Notes under the pieces: generated by a model | What the model was told of the DNA's origin: nothing | Database searches by the model: none | Seen by the model: the letters and a program-made list of their open reading frames with translations, nothing else | Source: Yersinia phage CAU_YEP3 | Sequence record: PQ863687.1 | Length of the DNA stretch: 24,000 bases | Strand: one strand, 5' to 3' | Program-made: the position numbers and the translations under genes | Shown here: positions 7,751-14,320 of the stretch, in pieces | Position numbering within the stretch: the first letter of the stretch is position 1 | Layout of the letters: every line of letters begins with the position of its first letter

Positions 7751-9313
7751 ATGAACAAGATTGATGAAAAGATCCTCAAGCATTTGAAGGAAGGCATGAG
7801 CCAGAGCGCAATTGCTACTCTGTTGGGCATACCCCGCTCGACTGTACAACGTGTTGCAGATACGGAACTCGGTGTCAACCCGTTATCGCTGAAATCTCTG
7901 TCTACTGAAGATATTCAGCAGATTCAGGTGAAGAGCAAGACAGGCGAGAGCAACCGCTCGCTGGCCGAAGCATTCGGCGTCAGTGCCAAGACCATTGCTC
8001 GTGCTCTGCTGGTCCGCATTACCGAGGAGGAAAACAAGGTAACTGTGATCTCTCCTATCAAGCCGGAAGAGCAGGAAGTATTCGAAGTCCAGCCGGGTGG
8101 GACAGCCAAAGACGTTGATGGCTCAGAATGGTATGTTGGGGCGTATTTGCCAAACCACAACAAGTACCTGTGCCTCACTAATGAAGGCAATTTCAAAGGG
8201 GCTTTCTTTGAAAAGTCTGAACTGACTGCAGTGGAAGGCAACAGCCATGCTTTCAAAGTCGAAGCTATCGGCAAGATGGCAGAAATTTCTGTGGCGCTGT
8301 CGGAAGGTGCGGACAAAGTTCCAAGCAATGTTGAAATCAACGTTGTGGTCGACGGGGAAACCTATCCTATCCGTGGATCCCTGGATGCCCGCCGCCGTGT
8401 TGGTTACTTTGATGCCATCCTCGGTCGCACCCTGCGCCTGGCTCTGTCTTCTGTGGAATTCACCGTCGCTATCAAAGACGTTGAAGAAGTGGCTGATGAC
8501 AAGAAGACCAAGCAGGACTTCGGCGCGAAAGACCTGGACTTGTTCCTGAACGAACACCAGATTCTGATTCTGCCAGACAGCGTCGTGATCGCGATTGATG
8601 GCAAGCCGGAAACGATCACCACTTCACACCCAGCATATGACCGCATCGTACAGGCGATCAAAGACAAAGACGTGAAGCTGGCCTATTCGCTGATGCGCCC
8701 TCGTGATGCCATCGCGAAGTACGCTGAAGGTCTGGTGGACGTGACTGACAACCGGGTGCGCTGGGCTGGCCATGATATCACCGGAACCTCGATTGCCAAG
8801 CGTGTACTGGCGCTGATGCTGAAGGGTGACTTCAAGAACCTGGACCGCATGGCGAAGTTTATGGACAAGATGTTCCAGAACCCGTCGGCTGCTCTGGTTC
8901 AGTCCGGGCGCATCTATGAGTTCATGGCGTACTCTGACATCGAAATTGACGACGATGGTGACATCATCCTCTACAAATCAGTGCGCGGCAACTACATGGA
9001 CAAGCACAGCAACACGATCAGCAACGCCCCAGGCACCATCGTGCGTATGGCTCGCTCATTCGTGAACGACAACAACTCTGACCTGTGTTCATACGGCCTG
9101 CATGTTTGCTCCCTGGCCTATCTGAAACAGTGCTTCGGTTCTGTCGGCCAGCGCGTTGTTCGTTGTAAGCTGAACCCGCGTGACATCGTGTCCATCACCA
9201 ACGACTTTGGCTCCAGCAAAATCCGCTGCTGTGAATACCTGGTGTTGGATGACTACACCGCCGAGTACAACCGCCAGCACAAGTCAATTGACGTCACTGG
9301 CCTGTACAAGTAA
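7751..9313 (+). CDS. rIIB: rIIB-like protein with N-terminal helix-turn-helix region
   Basis: Track start 7664 overlaps rIIA; ATG 7751 gives MNKIDEKILKHLKEGMSQSAIATLLGIPRSTVQRVADTELG... (520 aa). C-terminal half (GRIYEFMAYSDIEIDDDGDIILYKSVRGNYMDKHS...) has rIIB-like character; immediately after rIIA. Confidence 0.8.
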   Translation: MNKIDEKILKHLKEGMSQSAIATLLGIPRSTVQRVADTELGVNPLSLKSLSTEDIQQIQVKSKTGESNRSLAEAFGVSAKTIARALLVRITEEENKVTVISPIKPEEQEVFEVQPGGTAKDVDGSEWYVGAYLPNHNKYLCLTNEGNFKGAFFEKSELTAVEGNSHAFKVEAIGKMAEISVALSEGADKVPSNVEINVVVDGETYPIRGSLDARRRVGYFDAILGRTLRLALSSVEFTVAIKDVEEVADDKKTKQDFGAKDLDLFLNEHQILILPDSVVIAIDGKPETITTSHPAYDRIVQAIKDKDVKLAYSLMRPRDAIAKYAEGLVDVTDNRVRWAGHDITGTSIAKRVLALMLKGDFKNLDRMAKFMDKMFQNPSAALVQSGRIYEFMAYSDIEIDDDGDIILYKSVRGNYMDKHSNTISNAPGTIVRMARSFVNDNNSDLCSYGLHVCSLAYLKQCFGSVGQRVVRCKLNPRDIVSITNDFGSSKIRCCEYLVLDDYTAEYNRQHKSIDVTGLYK

Positions 9314-9330
9314 CCCAAACCACATCCACC

Positions 9331-9355
9331 AAGGAGGCTTCGGCCTCCTTTTCTT
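9331..9355 (+). terminator. Rho-independent terminator
   Basis: AAGGAGG cttcgg CCTCCTT TTCTT. Confidence 0.85.
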
Positions 9356-9365
9356 TGAGGTCGAT

Positions 9366-9671
9366 ATGTTAACCAATGACGTCTACTTCAAATATGCACG
9401 ACAGGCATACGGTGCACACCGCGTGACAGACAAGTTCCTGATTGACTCCTTCCAGTTCGAAGGGGAGACCAGGGAATATTCTCACAAGAACTTCCCTCCT
9501 CGTGAAGTACAGGGTGATCAGTTCGTGAAATTGTTCTGTCGCTGCGGCGGGTGTGATTTCACGGATGACGGGTATGCAATGCACGTGTACTGCTGCAATT
9601 GCTGTGGTAAATACGTAACAGTCTATAGGAGAACCGAACATGGCCAAGAAACAAGAAGTCAAGAAAGTTGA
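9366..9671 (+). CDS. Cys-rich, probably zinc-binding small protein (101 aa)
   Basis: Track start 9180 lies inside rIIB; ATG 9366 has TTTGAGG upstream. Contains CRCGGCDFTDDGYAMHVYCCNCCGKY. Confidence 0.75.
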   Translation: MLTNDVYFKYARQAYGAHRVTDKFLIDSFQFEGETREYSHKNFPPREVQGDQFVKLFCRCGGCDFTDDGYAMHVYCCNCCGKYVTVYRRTEHGQETRSQES

Positions 9672-10065
9672 AATCAAAACCGAAGCCCCGGTTGATGTTA
9701 TCCAGGCGAAGGAAGAAGGTACTCTTCCAACGTACCTGCAACGCGCCATCGATAACATCCCTCCAGGGGGAGACGGCGGTGTTGTATACGCTGGCGGCTA
9801 CGGTTGGGTGTGTGAATACCAAAACGGCACGAAGGAACTCCTCCAGGAGCTTCCAGGGCTGGCCTCCACCCTCAAGCGTTATGGGCGCGACAAGTTCGGC
9901 AAGCCGTTTGAAGCCGGAGCAGTGATCGAAACCAACATCACGGTTGAGACACTGAACCTGTTGGCCGAAGACGATCTGAAACTGCTGGCCACGCCTTTGG
10001 GTATCACAGCCGAAGATCGCATTACACTTATCGCCGAATTGATCGAAAAATTGCAGATTAAATAA
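9640..10065 (+). CDS. Hypothetical protein (141 aa)
   Basis: SD AGGAGA upstream of ATG; overlaps previous ORF by 32 nt. Confidence 0.7.
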   Translation: MAKKQEVKKVEIKTEAPVDVIQAKEEGTLPTYLQRAIDNIPPGGDGGVVYAGGYGWVCEYQNGTKELLQELPGLASTLKRYGRDKFGKPFEAGAVIETNITVETLNLLAEDDLKLLATPLGITAEDRITLIAELIEKLQIK

Positions 10066-10095
10066 GCCAGTGTACAACAGCTGAACTTATTCTAT

Positions 10096-10488
10096 ATGGC
10101 TATCGTTGATGAAAGCAATCTGATGGACTATGCTCTGAGACACTATGTTGTTGATTCTGTCTCATGGGATGAGGTGTTGGTAGACATACAGCGGATTTCG
10201 CTAATTAATCAATCATTGAAGAGATTTGTGCCTGGCAAGAGTCCACGGCTGATTCTTAATCAACTGATTACTGTGTTCAACACGTTTGAGACTGAGGCCG
10301 CCTGCCGAATGTTAGTGTTGAAGACAGATGAAAACCAGCGTCCTCGCCTCAAGGCTGCTTTGTTGACGATCGGCGTATGGCGCGATGATTTATGTTCCGG
10401 TTCATACGAACCAGATAATGAGCTGATGATGGCTCTGAACAACGATTTGGATGAGTGGAGGAAACCATGCCAACGATCACTGTATTAG
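10096..10488 (+). CDS. Hypothetical protein (130 aa)
   Basis: ORF collinear with neighbours; weak SD. Confidence 0.6.
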   Translation: MAIVDESNLMDYALRHYVVDSVSWDEVLVDIQRISLINQSLKRFVPGKSPRLILNQLITVFNTFETEAACRMLVLKTDENQRPRLKAALLTIGVWRDDLCSGSYEPDNELMMALNNDLDEWRKPCQRSLY

Positions 10489-11276
10489 TCGCCCCGGAAG
10501 TTGTTCGCAACAAACCGGAAACCGAACGCCTGCATGTTGTTACAGGCACTGCCAAGGGTTGGGAGAAGACCAGTCTGAACCAAGACCCTGACGAAGTGCT
10601 GACCGAGTGTAAAGGCCTGGACGCTCTGCTGACCCGCAGTAATCTGCAGGCCGATGGCGTCACCAAAGTGGATCCAACCAAGCCTGTTGGCTTCCAGCTG
10701 ACTTACGAAATCCACGACCCAAGCGCTGTGCTGACCACTGGTCTGACCATCACTCCGGCGACAGCGAGCGGTGAAATCGGCCAGGTTGTTGAGCTGCTGG
10801 CCACCGTAGCCCCAGCGAACGCAACCTATCAGGGTGTCAATTGGTACTCTGGTGATCTGACTAAAGCCGTACACATCGGCGGCGGTAAATTCAAGCTGCT
10901 GGCATCCGGCTCGGTAACAGTCTATGGCGTGACCATCGAGGGCAACCATACTGACTCTACCGTCATTACAGTGGCTGGCGCTCTGTCGCTGTCTACTGAC
11001 CTGCCTGCCACCAAAGATGTAACGGCTGAACAGGACGGAACCTTCAGCGTTGTAGCTGCGGGTGGTACAACCCCATACACCTACGTGTGGCACTTCTCTG
11101 ACGTCCCTGGCGGCGCTGGTGTGGTTATTGATGCAGGCGCTAACGCAACTGCCGCAACTGCCAACCTGGTCATCACTGCTGTTGACGCAGCCGACGAAGG
11201 TGAATACTGGTGCGTTGTTTCCGACGCCGACGGTCATTCTGTGACCTCTACCCGTTGTGAAATGGCTGTGGTCTAA
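10467..11276 (+). CDS. Ig-like domain protein (Big_2-like plus I-set-like), candidate surface/decoration protein
   Basis: Preferred ATG 10467 (SD GGAGG) over 10455. GLTITPATASGEIGQVVELLATVAPANATYQGVNWYSGD... is bacterial Ig-like; ...AADEGEYWCVVSDADGHSVTSTRCEMAV is I-set-like. Confidence 0.75.
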   Translation: MPTITVLVAPEVVRNKPETERLHVVTGTAKGWEKTSLNQDPDEVLTECKGLDALLTRSNLQADGVTKVDPTKPVGFQLTYEIHDPSAVLTTGLTITPATASGEIGQVVELLATVAPANATYQGVNWYSGDLTKAVHIGGGKFKLLASGSVTVYGVTIEGNHTDSTVITVAGALSLSTDLPATKDVTAEQDGTFSVVAAGGTTPYTYVWHFSDVPGGAGVVIDAGANATAATANLVITAVDAADEGEYWCVVSDADGHSVTSTRCEMAVV

Positions 11277-11278
11277 TC

Positions 11279-11512
11279 ATGAAGGGCTTCCAGGACTTTC
11301 TTGAAGACTCGGCAGCCCCTGGCACCACTACCGTCGATGTGGGGAAACCCGAAGGCGGTATGGTGAAAGAGCCTGTCAAGAAACCCAAGGATCTTGAGGA
11401 AGAACAAGAGAAGACCGACTTCCAAAAGATCTTTGGAAACATCTTCAAAGACCTGGATCTGAAGAATGCACGAAAGTGGAACTTCAGGACAGGCAAATAT
11501 GAAGAGGAATAA
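11279..11512 (+). CDS. Hypothetical charged protein (77 aa)
   Basis: ATG 2 nt after upstream stop; probable translational coupling; terminator follows. Confidence 0.65.
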   Translation: MKGFQDFLEDSAAPGTTTVDVGKPEGGMVKEPVKKPKDLEEEQEKTDFQKIFGNIFKDLDLKNARKWNFRTGKYEEE

Positions 11513-11540
11513 GTCATGAACACGATCATCATGGGTTAAC

Positions 11541-11563
11541 AAAAGAGGCTCCGGCCTCTTTTT
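11541..11563 (+). terminator. Rho-independent terminator
   Basis: AAAAGAGG ctccgg CCTCTTTTT. Confidence 0.85.
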
Positions 11564-11587
11564 CATTTCCGGCATTCGGCGTATAAT
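11560..11587 (+). promoter_or_regulatory. Candidate sigma70-type promoter
   Basis: TTTTCA (11560-11565), 16-nt spacer, TATAAT (11582-11587), just after a terminator and upstream of the ORF at 11631. Confidence 0.45.
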
Positions 11588-11630
11588 GGACCCGTTCCCC
11601 ATGAGCGGAACCTAACTGAGGATACACCAA

Positions 11631-12137
11631 ATGAAATCTATGGTTAAACGCCGAATTGAAGTCTCCCTGACTGCCCACGTCGAAATGATCCAGCAGATTG
11701 TGTTGGATGCGTACGAAATCCAAAAGGATCGTCAGTCGAGGGGAGTGATGGACCCTGCTGGTCCAGGAAACATCTTGTATTATCGCATGATCCGCCAGAC
11801 CGGACATACAGCGGCTCTGAAGAAGCTCCTTTCCAAAAAGTTCCAGACCGAGAACGATGTCTATGTGTTCGGAATCTTCCATAATCCGCGTGAACGTGAT
11901 ACGTTCTTCCGTTCTTCCCGCAATCCACAGACGGGTGAAGAATTACCTGCTCCCGACATTGACGAGAGAAGCACAACGACAATCACGCATTTCTTGGGGA
12001 CTGAGATCGTTAAAGCGAATATCATCGTGTTCTCTGACACTCTACACGATCCGGAACGCCTGGCCGCAGCCCATAAAATGTTGCAGGAAGCCCGCAACTG
12101 CCTCACAAATTTGACTTTAGTAGTGTTTCTGGGCTAG
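11631..12137 (+). CDS. Hypothetical protein (168 aa)
   Basis: SD GAGGAT upstream; no recognised domain. Confidence 0.75.
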   Translation: MKSMVKRRIEVSLTAHVEMIQQIVLDAYEIQKDRQSRGVMDPAGPGNILYYRMIRQTGHTAALKKLLSKKFQTENDVYVFGIFHNPRERDTFFRSSRNPQTGEELPAPDIDERSTTTITHFLGTEIVKANIIVFSDTLHDPERLAAAHKMLQEARNCLTNLTLVVFLG

Positions 12138-12146
12138 ATAGTTACA

Positions 12147-12162
12147 GGGGAGGAAACTCCCC
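12147..12162 (+). promoter_or_regulatory. GC-rich hairpin with GAAA tetraloop, no U-tract
   Basis: GGGGAG GAAA CTCCCC. Confidence 0.6.
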
Positions 12163-12182
12163 GCTTCAACCAGGAGGCACAT

Positions 12183-12380
12183 ATGTACAAGTTCAAGATC
12201 AACAAAGAACGAAATTCGTTCAAATTAGGTGTCGTCGCTGGAGTGTGTTTCTTCCTGACGATCGAAAACGTGATCGGGCTGCTCACAATATCACAAATGC
12301 AGATCACCCGGTTCCTTCTTGCCATTGTATTCGCCGCTATCGGCCTGGCCTGCAGTTATGCGGGTTGTATGAAGAAGTAA
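12183..12380 (+). CDS. Small two-helix membrane protein (65 aa)
   Basis: SD AGGAGG; hydrophobic GVVAGVCFFLTIENVIGLL and FLLAIVFAAIGLACSYAG. Confidence 0.75.
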   Translation: MYKFKINKERNSFKLGVVAGVCFFLTIENVIGLLTISQMQITRFLLAIVFAAIGLACSYAGCMKK

Positions 12381-12423
12381 TTTCACTACACACAGCAATA
12401 CCCCTGATTTGAGAGACTATATC

Positions 12424-12912
12424 ATGATGCTGTTAATGAGTGTTCCACAGAACAAGATGACCCCTGCAACAGAGGGTAAGAATCACTTCAACATCTACAG
12501 TCGGAGCAACACCGAACTCGGCCGCTTTTTGTCGCACTTCACCCATCATCCTACAGCCACTTACGAACATGGTGTGTTTAACTCCATGGAGGGCTACTGG
12601 TATTGGCTGAAGTACCGGGATGACAACCTGCGCCTGCTCGACGGCTACGAAGCCAAGCAGTATGGCCAGGAATTGGCGGCCACCCGTGTGATCGTCCTGG
12701 ACCCGTCAACTGAAGAATTCAAGCGCGACATCCTGTTTGCGACCAGCATGAAACTTCAGACAATGCCTGACCTGCTGAAAATCAGATTGGCGTACAGTCG
12801 ACTTCCCCTGATCCATGCATACGTTCGGAACGGGAAATACAGTTTTCAAAACTCTATGGACTTTATCATAGAACACATTAATCGTCTCCGCATACAAGGA
12901 ACTTTGAAATGA
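12424..12912 (+). CDS. NADAR (YbiA-like) family protein
   Basis: Track start at 12409 is TTG; ATG 12424 preferred. FNIYSRSNTELGRFLSHFTHHP...HGVFNSMEGYWYWLKYR...GYEAKQYGQEL resembles the NADAR core (YS....LSNF ... S.E.Y....K ... A...G). Confidence 0.6.
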   Translation: MMLLMSVPQNKMTPATEGKNHFNIYSRSNTELGRFLSHFTHHPTATYEHGVFNSMEGYWYWLKYRDDNLRLLDGYEAKQYGQELAATRVIVLDPSTEEFKRDILFATSMKLQTMPDLLKIRLAYSRLPLIHAYVRNGKYSFQNSMDFIIEHINRLRIQGTLK

Positions 12913-13493
12913 AATTTATACACACTATCGTCGACACTTCCTATGATTGCACTGCGCACGAGCCAAACCGCTCGCCTGTGTTCGTTCTGAACAAATTGGG
13001 TGAAGAGATCTGTGAACTGTCTGATGTGTTCCACGGTATCGGTATGCCTTCAGAACCACTGAACGGCGAAGTTGCTGACGTCATTATCTCTGCCATTGAC
13101 CTTCTGTACATTATGGATTTCAATGACCAGCAGCTGCATGGTTGCATGACCAAAGAAGAGTTGATCGACTCGGTTCAGACGCGTTTGGGGATGTGCAGCG
13201 ATTGTTCTTCCGAATATCTTGAAGAAGATTGGTTCCGTCTGATCGATCGTGATCCCCAGAAGCACCTGAACCTCATCTATCATTATCATGGCCGGATCAT
13301 CCGATTGTGTAATCAGCCATATCGCAGCCAAGACGTCCTGGAGCGACTCGTTGCCAATCTGATCACACATGTTGCGCGCATGGCTTGCGGTGAAGGTGCC
13401 TTACACAGCGTGAACATGTTGAGCACACGCATCAAAGTAGAGCACGCCATTGAACACAAAGTTGAAAAGTGGCGTACTAAATTTGGCTTATGA
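12909..13493 (+). CDS. MazG-like protein (possible nucleotide pyrophosphohydrolase)
   Basis: LNKLGEEICELSDVFHG...LNGEVADVIISAIDLLYIM plus C-terminal KWRTKFGL, MazG-like acidic helix pattern. Confidence 0.55.
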   Translation: MKFIHTIVDTSYDCTAHEPNRSPVFVLNKLGEEICELSDVFHGIGMPSEPLNGEVADVIISAIDLLYIMDFNDQQLHGCMTKEELIDSVQTRLGMCSDCSSEYLEEDWFRLIDRDPQKHLNLIYHYHGRIIRLCNQPYRSQDVLERLVANLITHVARMACGEGALHSVNMLSTRIKVEHAIEHKVEKWRTKFGL

Positions 13494-14320
13494 AATACGA
13501 AATCATCTTAGACGCTCTCATACAGAGAGCAATACAGAGGGGTAAAATGGATGGCGTTTATCAAGAACGCCACCATATAATCCCTGTGTGCTTAGGTGGC
13601 ACTAACCACTTCTCTAATCTTGTATGGTTGACACCAGAAGAACATTATGTCGTACATCACCTACTTTGGAGAACAAAACCACTCAACCCCGGTATCAGGA
13701 AGGCATGGACTGGGATGAACAACATGTCTAGGAACAACAAAGAGTTTGGGGAATTCAGGAGAAATAATTCCACCAGAATGAAAGAAGTGATGTCATCTGA
13801 TGAACAAAAGGAACGTTGTCGTAAGCAATCCAAGAAAAACTCATTGAACCCAGAAGTACAGAAGAAACGTGCGGGTAGCTTGAGAGGTTACACTTGGAAT
13901 GACGAATCAAGGCGCAGGTTGTCAAAATCCAGGAAAGGGATACCACACTCCGAAGCACACAAAGCCAACCTTACCAAATCAGTCACCGAACGGATGAGGC
14001 GACCAGAAGAAAGGGAGAGGTATTCTGCTATGTGGCGCCAGAACAATCCCATGAATAACATACAACCTTGGGAACACCCGACTGTCGTAAAGACGGGTAA
14101 ATCCCGACAATGGCTCCTGGCTGGTGAATTCTTTGAATGGTGGTGTGGTAACGGTGAAGACAAAGTGAAGAACCGTTATTGTTTAATGTTGAAAGAAACC
14201 GGGTTAAGCTCTGTTTGTTCTAAGGCCACAGCTCAAACTTGTATATCTAAATTTCAGAAAGGTTGGATACCAAAAGAAGATCCCGCCTGGTTGAAATTTT
14301 ACGGAGATAATAATGGTTGA
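13490..14320 (+). CDS. HNH homing endonuclease with NUMOD3-like region
   Basis: YQERHHIIPVCLGGTNHFSNLVWLTPEEHYVVHHLL (HNH) and NDESRRRLSKSRKGIPHSEAHKANLTKS (NUMOD3-like). Confidence 0.85.
   Translation: MKYEIILDALIQRAIQRGKMDGVYQERHHIIPVCLGGTNHFSNLVWLTPEEHYVVHHLLWRTKPLNPGIRKAWTGMNNMSRNNKEFGEFRRNNSTRMKEVMSSDEQKERCRKQSKKNSLNPEVQKKRAGSLRGYTWNDESRRRLSKSRKGIPHSEAHKANLTKSVTERMRRPEERERYSAMWRQNNPMNNIQPWEHPTVVKTGKSRQWLLAGEFFEWWCGNGEDKVKNRYCLMLKETGLSSVCSKATAQTCISKFQKGWIPKEDPAWLKFYGDNNG

Noticed and set aside
8826-9065. 79-aa + strand ORF inside rIIB
   Set aside because: Out-of-frame internal ORF with low-complexity Ser/Thr-rich sequence; no SD or context.
9180-9365. N-terminal extension of the Cys-rich ORF
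   Set aside because: Would overlap rIIB and read through the terminator at 9331-9355; ATG 9366 is a better start.
11517-11540. Tiny ORF MNTIIMG before the terminator at 11541
   Set aside because: Only 7 codons; could be a leader but there is no attenuation structure or gene directly downstream to support that.
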